64,000 bases of DNA from Candidatus Cloacimonadales bacterium (GCA_963662655.2 CAXXTU010000002.1:1728001-1792000); one strand, 5' to 3'; positions 18,921 to 29,700 are shown, counted from the stretch's first letter. Notes: a model not told the origin generated them from the sequence alone. Numbers and translations are program-made.

Positions 18921-19673
18921 ATGAAGAACCTCTTGGAATACTCGACCATCTTGATTGTTCTAACCGCGTTGCTCACGGTAGCAGGATGCCAACCGAAAAA
19001 CGCGCCTGCCGTAGCCGAAACGGTAAAAGTCGATTCAACAGCCGTTAAATCGCTGGTGATGCACCTACCGTTCGATGGCTCGATCAGTGACTCAAGCATG
19101 TACCGCCAGATTGTGAGCGGCCACAACATCCAGTTCTGCACGGATCGGTTCGGCAATGCGAATTCCGCAATCGATCTGAACGGAAAATCATCCTGGCTCG
19201 ATATCGAATCGGACTCGCGCCTCGATTTCCACGACAAGCAGAGCTTTTCGGTTACGTGCTGGGTGAAAGTGGATCGCTTCACCATCGACTGGAGCATCTT
19301 GCGCAAGAAGGGAAACCCGGTGCAATACTTCTTCGGGTTCGAGGACGATCGCGTGGCCTTCGGCCTGGACAGCGACGAATCGACAACCTACTCGCAAACC
19401 ACACTTTTCCCGGATACCTGGTACTTCGTGGCAGGTGTTTACAACGCTGAGGACATGCAGCTTTCGATCTACATCAACTCGCTACTGGATTCCCGGATTC
19501 AGGTGCTTAGCCTGTTCAAGAGCAAGCCCGGAGACCTCGAGACCGGACGGACATCCACCAGAAAGCACGTCTATTATCTTGATGGAGCGCTGGACGAACT
19601 GAGGGTATATAATCGTCCTCTCAGCGATGAAGAACTGCAGGAACTCTATCACGCAAAAGGATGGAACCTCTGA
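18921..19673 (+). CDS. LamG/ConA-like lipoprotein
   Basis: VAGC lipobox; DRFGNANSA, WYFVAGVY, G.LDELRVYNRPLS..E. Confidence 0.85.
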   Translation: MKNLLEYSTILIVLTALLTVAGCQPKNAPAVAETVKVDSTAVKSLVMHLPFDGSISDSSMYRQIVSGHNIQFCTDRFGNANSAIDLNGKSSWLDIESDSRLDFHDKQSFSVTCWVKVDRFTIDWSILRKKGNPVQYFFGFEDDRVAFGLDSDESTTYSQTTLFPDTWYFVAGVYNAEDMQLSIYINSLLDSRIQVLSLFKSKPGDLETGRTSTRKHVYYLDGALDELRVYNRPLSDEELQELYHAKGWNL

Positions 19674-20010
19674 TCCAACCTGCATCAAGAACGAACAATG
19701 CACATATACCATTTCGGCTTTGGCGCTACATCAATCAGAGAGATAGAGAATACAAAAAGGGTTCATCAGGCGGAAAATCGTATTACATTGATTAAACATT
19801 CCAACAGATAGCGTCACCATTTGTTCGAAACGACATTCAAGATAAAGCAATAGATTGAATAATAATAATTGTGAAAGATTGGAATTTGCGCATGGCTATA
19901 TTTCCAAAGAAATTTTCCCGGAAATACAGCCACTATTACAAGTTGTTATCAGTCAGTTCAATTATTGAGAGATACAGCGTAACACGTTATGATTAAAGAG
20001 GCTCTACCCT

Positions 20011-20493
20011 TTAGTCATCAAGAAACGCAATACTCAGTGCGCTTTCGACAGTTGCAGTTCCAGATTTGATCATCTTGATGATCTCTTGAACTTTCTTATT
20101 GTAACCTTCGCGCAATTTGATGTTCATCGAAATTTGATCCACCAGCTTGTTCTGTGTTTCAGTAAGGCGAATCAGTATCGCTCTCATATCGGCTTCCATT
20201 TCCTCGTCATTCTCATAGGTGATTTTCTGAGGTTCGCGGACAGCGCCGTAATAAAGAGGGCGATCAGCAAGCTCTTTCGGGAAGTCGACAAACATGTCGC
20301 CCTTATCGGAGTACAACCAGTTGAGGTTGATTTTGAAACGGGCCATAAGGTTTGCCGTCGTTTCTGCTCTCGGACTGCTATGATCAGACTCAATTTTTGA
20401 TAGTGCTGCTGAGCTGATATCCAGTTCTTTTGCGAATTCGGCCTGGGTCATGCCGATGGCATGTCGGATAGCCTTGAATTTTTTTCCGAACAT
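20011..20493 (-). CDS. XRE-family HTH regulator (CI-like, with C-terminal coiled coil)
   Basis: IRHAIGMTQAEFAKELDISSAALSKIE...INLNWL...G.MF. Confidence 0.88.
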   Translation of the reverse strand: MFGKKFKAIRHAIGMTQAEFAKELDISSAALSKIESDHSSPRAETTANLMARFKINLNWLYSDKGDMFVDFPKELADRPLYYGAVREPQKITYENDEEMEADMRAILIRLTETQNKLVDQISMNIKLREGYNKKVQEIIKMIKSGTATVESALSIAFLDD

Positions 20494-20528
20494 AGTACCT
20501 CCTTGACGTTATATATCTCTAGCACGAG

Positions 20529-20765
20529 CTAATGTTTATTTGGGGGCGATTTCTCGTCAAGAAATATACTGCCTTTACCGCTGATGAACCAGTTCAAATT
20601 CACATTCAGCTTCGTTAATAGATTCGCGTGAACACTTGCGCTTGGGGAATTTATGTTTGCCTCAAGCTTGGATATCGCCGCCCCAGATACCCCCAATATT
20701 TTCGCCAATTCTTTCTGTTTAAGCCCAGTTAAATTTCTGATAGTTTTCAACCGCTCGCCGTACAT
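20529..20765 (-). CDS. XRE-family HTH regulator (HTH only), paralog of the neighbour
   Basis: GERLKTIR...GLKQKELAKILGVSGAAISKLE...VNLNWFISGKGSIF. Confidence 0.88.
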   Translation of the reverse strand: MYGERLKTIRNLTGLKQKELAKILGVSGAAISKLEANINSPSASVHANLLTKLNVNLNWFISGKGSIFLDEKSPPNKH

Positions 20766-20781
20766 GACGTACCTCCTTCGC

Positions 20782-20885
20782 GTTAACTTAAGTTAACTAA
20801 AAGCTTGACAAATTACTCATATTCCTGCATTATTTGCTTCAAATACAGCCAGTGTTAATTATACTTAAACTCGTTTAAGTGTCAA
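20782..20885. promoter_or_regulatory. Face-to-face promoter pair with palindromic operators
   Basis: Leftward TTGACA(20885-20880)-16nt-TATAAT(20863-20858) with palindrome acttaaac-tc-gtttaagt over the spacer; rightward TTGACA(20805-20810)-17nt-CATTAT; perfect palindrome gttaacttaagttaac at 20782-20797. Confidence 0.7.
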
Positions 20886-20906
20886 ACAAAATTTCGGAGG
20901 TATAGT

Positions 20907-21134
20907 ATGGTACAGATTTTATCAGGAAAGCAAGTACGGTTGAAACGCATCGAGCACGACCTGTCCATGAATGAATTGGCAAGGCGTCTGAACGTAACGC
21001 CGACATGGATGTCGCTTGTGGAAAACGGCAAACAGTGCGGTGAACCGGTTCGATCGAAGGCGACCGTATATTTCCAGCAAATCGAGATGGAAAGCCTACG
21101 TAACCAGATTAATCAGAATAACAACGAACAATAA
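20907..21134 (+). CDS. Cro-like small HTH protein
   Basis: RIEHDLSMNELARRLNVTPTWMSLVENGK; divergent from the XRE pair; GGAGG RBS. Confidence 0.82.
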   Translation: MVQILSGKQVRLKRIEHDLSMNELARRLNVTPTWMSLVENGKQCGEPVRSKATVYFQQIEMESLRNQINQNNNEQ

Positions 21135-21200
21135 TCCATGATCTGGCTGTATTCAGGAATGGATGAAGGCATATTTGGGGATGTGAAATTCAATTGAAGG

Positions 21201-21629
21201 ATGAAGAAAATGACAGAAAGGCAATGGATGTATCAGATAAGAGAACGGATCAACAGATTCAAGTCGATCCCCGGCGTTAGGATACCGATTTACGAGTCGC
21301 ATGCCGGCGTTGATTTTGGAAGATACCTTGGGATCATCAGAGAAGACGGGCTTTGGAGAAGCATCGATGTCGACTTCTCCCGAAGCGATTACTCTCCTCT
21401 GGCAGAAGAGCGCTCGGAGATAGCTCAGCACGTCGTACAGAGCGTTCAGGAGATCGAGGAGCTGTTGAATATCATCGAGCGCCTCTATACGGAAAACCAG
21501 ATACTGAAGGGGAAATTGCGTTTCCTGTATGGGGAGATGCACAACATCTGTCAGAATCGAACCGTGATCAAAGAGGATATCGAGGAATACAGCTTCTCTC
21601 CAAGGCTTGGCATTCAGCCTTCGTTCTGA
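21201..21629 (+). CDS. Hypothetical protein with coiled coil
   Basis: 142-aa ORF after the cro-like gene, followed by a terminator hairpin. Confidence 0.6.
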   Translation: MKKMTERQWMYQIRERINRFKSIPGVRIPIYESHAGVDFGRYLGIIREDGLWRSIDVDFSRSDYSPLAEERSEIAQHVVQSVQEIEELLNIIERLYTENQILKGKLRFLYGEMHNICQNRTVIKEDIEEYSFSPRLGIQPSF

Positions 21630-21636
21630 TGCAAGG

Positions 21637-21666
21637 AAGCGTCCGGGATCTATCCGGACGCTTTTT
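21637..21666. terminator. Terminator between convergent genes
   Basis: aagcgtccgg...ccggacgctt ttt. Confidence 0.65.
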
Positions 21667-21675
21667 GAATAGGAC

Positions 21676-23619
21676 CTATTCTTCCGGTTTGATATTCACT
21701 TTGAAACTGAAAACGGAACCCTTTCCGGGCTGGCTATTCACTGAAATCATTCCACCCATCAACTCCACAAGTCTTGCACAGATCGTTAGACCAAGCCCTG
21801 TTCCGCGGTAACGGCGAGTCGTGGATTTCGATAGCTGCTCGAACGCCGCGAAGATTTTCTCCCGGTCCATCTCGCTAATGCCGATACCGCTATCCTCGAT
21901 CTTCACGTCAAGCCATCCGTCCTCGTAATCGCACTTCATCAAGACAAAGCCCGAGCTCGTGAATTTTATCGCATTGCTCAAAAGATTCCAAATAACCTGG
22001 CTTATCCTTCCATCGTCGCCGACAGCGATCTCGGGAACGTTTCTGGAGATGTACAGATCGTACTCGATACCCTTGGCCTGGGCAATCTCCTTGTGCATAT
22101 CAAATACCGAGCGAAGCAATCGCGGAAGGTTGATAATATGCTTCTCGATGTGCAGCGTATGCGTCTCGATTTTAGAAAAATCGAGAATCGTGTTCACGAT
22201 GTTCATCAGCTGCTTTCCGGAAGAATTGATCGCCTCCAGCTTCTCACGCTTCTCATGGTTTTCTTCTTCTGCGAGCAAGATTTCGGCGAATCCGATAACC
22301 GCGTTCAAAGGCGTCTGTATCTCATGACTCACGTTGGTGAGAAACTCGTTCTTGCTTCGATTGGCCGCTTCGGATGTTATGATTGCATCCTGCAACTGTA
22401 CAACCGTATCCTTGTGGCTTTTAATCTCACGAGAGAGGGCCATCGTGCGCTTCTCGACAATTGATTCGAGGTCGTCGTTGATATCGATGATGGCCTTCTC
22501 CTTTTCATCGATCTGCCGCTGCATGAACAAGATGTTGTTGGAGATTTTCGTCAGCTCGTCCTTTTCTGTAAGATCGAGCTTCTCTTCCCGGCTTCCACTC
22601 GCAATACGGTTCAGCGCATGGTTGATCACGGTGATCCTGTCGATTATATTCTTGCCGATATAGCCAGATACGATGAAGTACGTAATGACGATGGAAAGCA
22701 TGGCGATGACGATGGAAATGATCAGGATCATCCGCTGATGAACGTGAATGGAAGAGAAATCGAAGACGATCTTGATCCACAGGTCGTCTTCCGGCACGGA
22801 GGATTTCACCACGCGAAACGCTGAAGGATAATAGCTTTCAACGAATCCATTGTTCTCTATGGTGAACGGGCGCTTGTTTTTCACCATTTCGTAAATCTCA
22901 TCGCTCATCTGCGTCTCTTCGCGGATCAGCGACCACTGTCCAACGGGATTGACCGAATAGATGTCGAGCTCGATAATAAAGGAGCTGTTATCGGCAACCT
23001 CCTGGAACAAATCGCCGGACAGGTAGCCGCCCAACGCTTCGGAGAAATACATGCTTATATACTCTTGCAAACTGATGGAAACTTCGATAATGATGTCGGA
23101 ATCGATGGGGCTGTAATAAGCGTATTTCTTGATCGTGCCTGTTTTACTCGATATCGAAATTCGTTCTGTCTGCACAATCCCCTGATTCAAGATTTCCTGC
23201 AAGAAGCGATTGAAGGTCTTGGATATTTTACGAAGATTGAAATTCAAGTCGGGCTCGAATGTCGTGTTGAAAATCAGACCGTCCTGATCGATCAGATAGA
23301 GGTCGTTAAAACCGTACTTGTTCAGGAGAGCCTTCATGTCCCGTTGCGAAAGGTTATTCAAATCGTTCTTTGAAGCCAGTAATTCGGTAGCCAATCCCGG
23401 GAGCTCTTGTTCAATCTTCAGATCCATCCGCTTCTCAATCTCGAACATCAGCATGTCATATTCATTCAATCTGGATGCGATTGACCGGTGCGTGTCATTG
23501 ATGATCGAATCTTTCAATAATCCCGAGTAGTAGAACGAAGCCAGATAGATGCAGCCACTAACCAGAATGATTGAAGATGCAATGATAATGAGGAAGTAGC
23601 GCGTCAGCTTTTTTTTCAT
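21676..23619 (-). CDS. Membrane sensor histidine kinase (periplasmic sensor, HAMP, HisKA, HATPase)
   Basis: FLTNVSHEIQTPLN H-box, NLLSNAIKFT N-box, DSGIG, GTGLGL. Confidence 0.93.
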   Translation of the reverse strand: MKKKLTRYFLIIIASSIILVSGCIYLASFYYSGLLKDSIINDTHRSIASRLNEYDMLMFEIEKRMDLKIEQELPGLATELLASKNDLNNLSQRDMKALLNKYGFNDLYLIDQDGLIFNTTFEPDLNFNLRKISKTFNRFLQEILNQGIVQTERISISSKTGTIKKYAYYSPIDSDIIIEVSISLQEYISMYFSEALGGYLSGDLFQEVADNSSFIIELDIYSVNPVGQWSLIREETQMSDEIYEMVKNKRPFTIENNGFVESYYPSAFRVVKSSVPEDDLWIKIVFDFSSIHVHQRMILIISIVIAMLSIVITYFIVSGYIGKNIIDRITVINHALNRIASGSREEKLDLTEKDELTKISNNILFMQRQIDEKEKAIIDINDDLESIVEKRTMALSREIKSHKDTVVQLQDAIITSEAANRSKNEFLTNVSHEIQTPLNAVIGFAEILLAEEENHEKREKLEAINSSGKQLMNIVNTILDFSKIETHTLHIEKHIINLPRLLRSVFDMHKEIAQAKGIEYDLYISRNVPEIAVGDDGRISQVIWNLLSNAIKFTSSGFVLMKCDYEDGWLDVKIEDSGIGISEMDREKIFAAFEQLSKSTTRRYRGTGLGLTICARLVELMGGMISVNSQPGKGSVFSFKVNIKPEE

Positions 23620-23645
23620 AAGATGTTTTTCCGCGAAACAGGCAA

Positions 23646-23885
23646 TTACATGTAGTATTTTTTCTTTCTGCGGTGCCCCTTTTTACCGCCTTTCCGCATC
23701 TTAATTTCCCGTTTTTTGTCTTTTGTAATTCTTGCGATAATCAGGCCAATAACAGGCGTCAGAACTAACGATAGAATGAAACCGGTCCCGAATCTGTTCC
23801 CACGTTGGTAATTATAGTACGCCACGACTAAACACAATGCAAAGTAAACAAGAAAAACGAGTACGCTAATGAATCCCATGCTCAT
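23646..23885 (-). CDS. Small membrane protein
   Basis: Two TM segments (GFILSLVLTPVIGLII) and a basic tail. Confidence 0.6.
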   Translation of the reverse strand: MSMGFISVLVFLVYFALCLVVAYYNYQRGNRFGTGFILSLVLTPVIGLIIARITKDKKREIKMRKGGKKGHRRKKKYYM

Positions 23886-24047
23886 TATAAGAACTCCATC
23901 CGGATAAAAAGTCAGAATTTATTAATAAGCTAAAACTAAATGAAGAAATAGCAAAAAATAAAGCTCGCTCATTTTGTGAAGATGGCCATGTCCATGAAAA
24001 TGAAGGCTCCACGCCTAGCGCGAACCGTCAGAAGTGCGAAGGTTCCG

Positions 24048-24929
24048 TTATTTTCTTGTTACCGTGTATCCGCGATCCTGAAGCATCTTGACCAGACCAC
24101 GCTCTCCAAACATGTGCCCGACTCCAATAACAACGAAGTATTTGTTAGCGGAAGAGAGGAATCGCGACATTTTCTCAATCATCGCGGGGTGACGATCGTA
24201 GATGATTGCATCGTATAGCGGCTTCATCTCCTCAGAATTGACTTCACTCAAGAACATCTCTTTGATAACTTTGTCATCGCCGCGTTTCCAGGCATCCGTT
24301 ATCTTTGAAATGTTCTGATAAATCTCTGTTTGGGTTGTCATAGCATCCACCAGCTGAAGCTCTTGAAGGGAATCGGGGAAGGAATTGAACAGGTTGAGCT
24401 GGTAGATCAAGCCTTCCAGCTCGATGATCCCTTTTCCTTCCCTGCGTGCCTTGTTCATGAAGTATAGATCGATGCCGTGCTCTCCCGTAAAACCTGCCTT
24501 CGCGATCTCGCTCATTTGAATGGTCATCGAAACGAGCCAGGGTTTGTAAACCTGTATGGAGGCCAGGTTCATGCCGTACTCGGTGAGCCTATCGCTCAGC
24601 AGCTTGATCGTACCATTCGAGAGGTGATCCTTGATCGATTCACCGTATGGGTAAGATGCGAGCTTGATCATCTCCTGCTGGATGCTTCCCTGGTTTTGCG
24701 TATCGAGATCCGCTTCCACCACCAGGCTGTCGCATCCTTCAAAGGCTTGTTCGATCTTGGGTTGCAATGGATAGAAATCCTTGTTCGCCACGTGAATGGA
24801 TCCGAGAAGGTACATCGTTGTCGTTTCGGATTTGACTTCCCAAAGAAATCCGGTCGATTGTCCAAACAGCGACGGGATTATCGTTATTAAGGCAAGGAAC
24901 GTTAGCGCTTTAAGAGATTTATTTCTCAT
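24048..24929 (-). CDS. TraB/GumN family protein
   Basis: LWEV...YLLGSIH, GID.YF, LE....Q, FVVIGVGHM.G..G. Confidence 0.9.
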   Translation of the reverse strand: MRNKSLKALTFLALITIIPSLFGQSTGFLWEVKSETTTMYLLGSIHVANKDFYPLQPKIEQAFEGCDSLVVEADLDTQNQGSIQQEMIKLASYPYGESIKDHLSNGTIKLLSDRLTEYGMNLASIQVYKPWLVSMTIQMSEIAKAGFTGEHGIDLYFMNKARREGKGIIELEGLIYQLNLFNSFPDSLQELQLVDAMTTQTEIYQNISKITDAWKRGDDKVIKEMFLSEVNSEEMKPLYDAIIYDRHPAMIEKMSRFLSSANKYFVVIGVGHMFGERGLVKMLQDRGYTVTRK

Positions 24930-25118
24930 GGTTTCCTCCAACTGCAAGTTACTTGTTCGCAAGATAGCATGATAGCGAGTTTTGTCAATCTCGCTTTTGG
25001 GGATATCATCCCAATTCTTTTTTTCTGGACGGAAATTTCATTTTGCGTAATTTTTACAATATACTCAGAATTCATAGATTGGAACCGGCATCAGAATGCT
25101 TTACCACATGGAGGAACA

Positions 25119-26033
25119 ATGCGTCTAATCACCCGTTCGGATTTCGATGGACTCGTCTGCGCAGCCTTGCTGGAAGAATTAAACATTATTGATGAAATTC
25201 TTTATACCCATCCAAAGGATATTCAAGACGGCAAAGTTCCCGTCACTCAAAACGACATTCTTGCAAATGTTCCGTACAGCAGCGGATGCGGTATATGGTT
25301 CGATCACCACCTCAGCGAACACGAAAGGCAGCAGCTCGATTTCGAATTTGATGGCGCAAGCGAAAACAAGCCCAGTTGCGCACGTGTGATATTCGAATAT
25401 TACCATCCGAAGTTTGGAAATCAGCTCGAGCGTTTTCGCGAGATCATCGACGCGGTGGACATTGCAGACAGCGGTCGTTACACCAAAGAGGACATCATCG
25501 ATCCGCAGGGTTGGATGATGCTGGCTTTCATCGCGGATCCCCGTACCGGATTCGGTTATCAGCGAACCTTCCGCATCAGTAATTTCGAGCTGATGAAGTC
25601 GCTTCCCTCAAGATTACGCAACCAGACGATCGAAGAGATACTCGGCTCACCGGATTTCATGGAGAGGATCGACACATACCGAGAGCAGATCGAAGAATAC
25701 AAGAAATTCATCCAAGAACACGGCAGGGCCGAAGGAGACGCGATCATTCTTGATTTCAGGGGCATTCACGATATTCCGACCGGCAATCGATTTATCGAAT
25801 ACGTCTTGTTCCCGGAGCAAAACATCTCCGTGCGGATGGTCGATTCGCGCGATCGCCATCGCGTAATGATATCCGTAGGCCACAGCACGATCAATCGTAC
25901 ATCGAAAGTGAATGTAGGATCCATGCTGCTTCAGTTTGGCGGAGGGGGACATTTCCGGGTTGGGACATGCCAGGTGATGGCAGGAGAGGCTGGAATTGTT
26001 CTGAACCGAATATTACACGACATCAACAAATAA
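25119..26033 (+). CDS. DHH-family phosphoesterase (exopolyphosphatase-like/nanoRNase)
   Basis: MRLITRSDFDGLVCA, FDHH, GGGGH. Confidence 0.88.
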   Translation: MRLITRSDFDGLVCAALLEELNIIDEILYTHPKDIQDGKVPVTQNDILANVPYSSGCGIWFDHHLSEHERQQLDFEFDGASENKPSCARVIFEYYHPKFGNQLERFREIIDAVDIADSGRYTKEDIIDPQGWMMLAFIADPRTGFGYQRTFRISNFELMKSLPSRLRNQTIEEILGSPDFMERIDTYREQIEEYKKFIQEHGRAEGDAIILDFRGIHDIPTGNRFIEYVLFPEQNISVRMVDSRDRHRVMISVGHSTINRTSKVNVGSMLLQFGGGGHFRVGTCQVMAGEAGIVLNRILHDINK

Positions 26034-26044
26034 TGGGGTAATTT

Positions 26045-26386
26045 ATGGAAAGAATTATTGCTCGATGCGGGTTATTTTGTGACGAGTGCGGCGCATACAA
26101 GGCGACACTCGCGGATGACAATGAGCTCAGGGCTCAAGTCTCGCAGGAGTGGTCGAAGATGTACGGCGTCGACATCAAGCCGGAGAATATCCATTGTCTT
26201 TCGTGCCAGGATGAAAGGGTGCTTTTTCACCATTGTACCGTCTGCGAAATGAGAAAGTGCGCAGTCGAGAGAAATCTCGCCAATTGCGGACTTTGCGCCG
26301 ACTACCCTTGCGAGATCATTGCGAAGTTCTTCGAGTTTGTTCCTGATTGTAAAACCGTTCTGGACAAGATTCACTCGGAGCGATAG
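26045..26386 (+). CDS. Cys-rich protein (DUF3795-like)
   Basis: CGL.C..C...C.SC...C..C..RKC......CG.C.DYPC. Confidence 0.82.
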   Translation: MERIIARCGLFCDECGAYKATLADDNELRAQVSQEWSKMYGVDIKPENIHCLSCQDERVLFHHCTVCEMRKCAVERNLANCGLCADYPCEIIAKFFEFVPDCKTVLDKIHSER

Positions 26387-26404
26387 AAGAAAAAGTTTTT
26401 TTTG

Positions 26405-26434
26405 ACACCGGACACCTGTCCGGTGTTTTTTTTT
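26405..26434 (+). terminator. Intrinsic terminator
   Basis: acaccggaca-cc-tgtccggtgt followed by a T run. Confidence 0.8.
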
Positions 26435-26465
26435 GCTGCAAACTCAAGTCTGCTGGCTAGCTCCT

Positions 26466-26646
26466 GCGGCGGGACGGCGCCCGAAACCATTCATCCAGCG
26501 CACATTCGCAAGAATTGGAGGGTCTGCGGATGCATGGGAATGTGCGCTGGATTTCATAAGGGTTTCGGTAAAAGCATTGGGAAGCTGTTTTTCGCCAACA
26601 GCTTCCCAATGCTTTTGTGCGCGAAGCGCACGCGCCGTCCCGCCGC
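26466..26646. other. Highly structured intergenic four-way-junction element
   Basis: Perfect 15-bp closing stem enclosing three hairpins (see findings). Confidence 0.75.
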
Positions 26647-26796
26647 GCGGATGGTGCACAACGCAAGGATTGGGACTCGCTGATTTCTCACCTTGGGGCA
26701 CACCAGGGAGAGTCCGAACAATTTTTATTGACAACGATCTTTAAGTAATCGATAAATCATGTCATAAGGGAAAAAGTAAAAAATGAGGATAAAGAC

Positions 26797-29700
26797 ATGA
26801 GAAAAACGCTTTCATTTTTGACGCTTTTTGCGCTGGTATTGCCCATGCTGGCAATAGCGCTGAACGGAGACCCCAAGAGTTGGGATTCGAATGATTTCAT
26901 CGGCTTCGACCAGATTGGCGACAGCGATTTTGCGGATATCTCGTCAACGTATGCGCGAATCGAGGATGGCAGACTCTACTACCGCATCACGTTTGTGAAT
27001 ATGTCGCAGCGTAGCGATAACCGAATGACGGGCGACAGATTTGCCGACTCCGATGCAAGCTTGTCGCTGATGATAACGGATAACGCCCTGACTCAGGAAC
27101 TCAGTGTTCCGCTGTCGGATATCACGGTAAGAAACGGGCAATATCACTCGGTCAGAACGCCTCAGAACAACATGCTCGAGATCGAAATGCCGTGGAGCGG
27201 ATCAAGCAGCACTGAAACCGTTCGCTTCGATTGCTGCATTGAGCATGACGGCCGGATCGTCGAAAAGTTCACCGATCCATTGACCGATAGCGGTCGAGGT
27301 GGATCGCGCGGAGGCAATGCTGCGTTCGTTCATCACGGTAACCAGGGACTGACCTATACCGAGGTGTTTTACGGACAGTACCCGCAGGAAACCAGCGGAT
27401 TCGACGAGGTGCTGGAAGTCCACCAGGCAACGGGCATACCCGGTAATTTCCACATGTCTGGCACCCTGATGCCTGCCGCCGAATGGCACAATCCGGAGTT
27501 CAACGACTGGCTGGTAAACGGGGTCGAGAACGGCTACTGCGCCATGCTCTCATCTGCATTGGGACAGCACATCATGCCGTTCGTTCAGAATGAGATGAAC
27601 AACTGGGCCGTATCGGTCGAGAGCGATATGGTAGCGTACCGCTACGGATACGAACCGCATGTCGCCTGGGTTCCCGAACGCGTTTGGCTGAACCCGGGAG
27701 AATATCCCGAAGCCGGCGTTATTGACTGGCTTGGCGATAACTGGGTCCAGCATGGCGTCAATGCCGTGATCCTGGACGATAGCCCGCACCTCTGGTCCGG
27801 CGACAACCATAAAATCCACTGGATGAACAACAATCAGGGTATCACCCTCCGCTGCATACCCATCGATAACGAGTTCGTCGGATATATGCATTACGACGCA
27901 GGTAGCGCCATGAACCGCATCAACAGCACCGGCCAGTACGGAATCTGCGTTTACGGTACCGACTGGGAAGTGGCGGCCGAGATGAACGAACATCACGACT
28001 CCTCCTTCCTGGACAACTACGAAAGCGTCCTCTGGTACTGCCACGACAACTACCCTGCAGTCAATATCTGGGCGTTGGATTCCGCCATCAACAACAGCGA
28101 TTTCAACGGAAACGGCATCGACATCACGCCCGGAACGTACGGCCTTTGCGGAGGCGGGGACGGCTATGGCGGAAGCAACAACTCCTGGTACACCAACTGG
28201 GCGGGAACGGGATCGCACTCCGATCAGCACAGCCCACAATGGAACTACGGAACCGTATGGAACAACGCCTACGAAAACATCATGGCGAGCCCGGACAATA
28301 CCCTCTCGCAGCTCGCGTGGTATGTGCTTATGATCAACCTTCACGAAACCGCGTGGCACACAAGTGGAGAAATCGCAGACTGGGAGCACCGCTACTCGGC
28401 ACACATGAAGAACGCTAACGTTTACGCGGAAGCGTCTCGCTGGGCCAATGGGGACTACGAGCATACATCGGCGGCCTATCTCTCCGATATCGACAGAGAC
28501 GGCGTTGACGAGTTGGTGATGCACAACGATAAAATCTTTGCCGTTTTCGAATCGATCGGAGGACGCGCCCAGTGGATGTTCTGCAAAGACGGCAACGGAA
28601 ACGCTACATCCGTGGTCGGATCAGACGTAGCATACTACTCGGAAACGGACGGCGATTACAACGAAGGCTCCAGCAACCACGTCGCGGCTTTCTCGGATGT
28701 ATCGCCCAACTACCAGCACAGCCTGTACGCTTTCGATATTCTTCAGGGAGAAGGCGACCAGTTGATCGTTACTTTCACACATGAAGGAGTCTTCCGTTAT
28801 TGCACCCTCGATACAGGCAACAGTTACATCGATGTGAGCAACACTATCAATACCGGCGACCTCTACACCAAATCCGGCTGGACACCCGATCTGCTGGACA
28901 TTATTTGGTCCGGTAAATCACATATCCAACGCATGTGGGGAGATGACGCCTCCTACGCGGGACGGCGCAACAGCGCTACCGGCGCAACGGCAGCTTACGT
29001 GTTGGGAACCGCCGGCGCTTCGCACAACGGAACGTTTGAGGGCACCCTCGTGATGGGTGATGAAATCAAGGGCAGCGGTACTTTCCGTTACTTCCTTTAC
29101 GCCGGCTATACTTCCGATCCTTACGACGAATACTACACCAAGGTTACCGAGCTGGACAACCTCGCCACCCAGCTTGCTGACGATATCCCGCCGCAGATCG
29201 TGAACAGCGCTGCATATCATGCGGGAAACAATGTACTTCAGATCGTCTTCAACGAAGACGTGAGCCAGGCAACGGCGGAGAACGCAGACAACTACTCACT
29301 CAACGGATTCAGCGGCACGTACGAGGTTAGTGACGTGATGCTCTCCCACAGCCGCAAGGTCACCTTATGGCTCGATGGCACAATCCAGCCCGGAGACTCC
29401 GGCAACGTCATCGTAAGCGGCGTGGAAGACCTCAACGGAAACGTCATTCAGAACGGAGCAAACCAGGCAGCTCTCACATCCATGGTCATGCCCCACCTGG
29501 TTGGCACGATGAATAGCTGGACCCCTTCGAACCTCGACTACGATTTTGAAATCGTGGCAAACGGTCTGTGGAAACTCACGACCACCCTTCCGGCAGGATC
29601 CAATGAGTACAAGGTGATCGAATCCAACGATTGGGACAGTAACGACTGGCCGTCGGAGAACCAGATCATCGAGCTCGACGTCGATACGGAAATTACTTTC

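Noticed and set aside
5634..21629. One contiguous intact prophage
   Set aside because: Intervening genes are host envelope/metabolic genes; no integrase, capsid, tail, lysis genes or att repeats seen.
26402..26744. Short ORFs, or RNase P/SRP RNA, in this gap
   Set aside because: ORFs run through palindromes without RBS or motifs; gggagagtccg only loosely resembles the RNase P GAGGAAAGUCC motif and the rest of that structure is absent.
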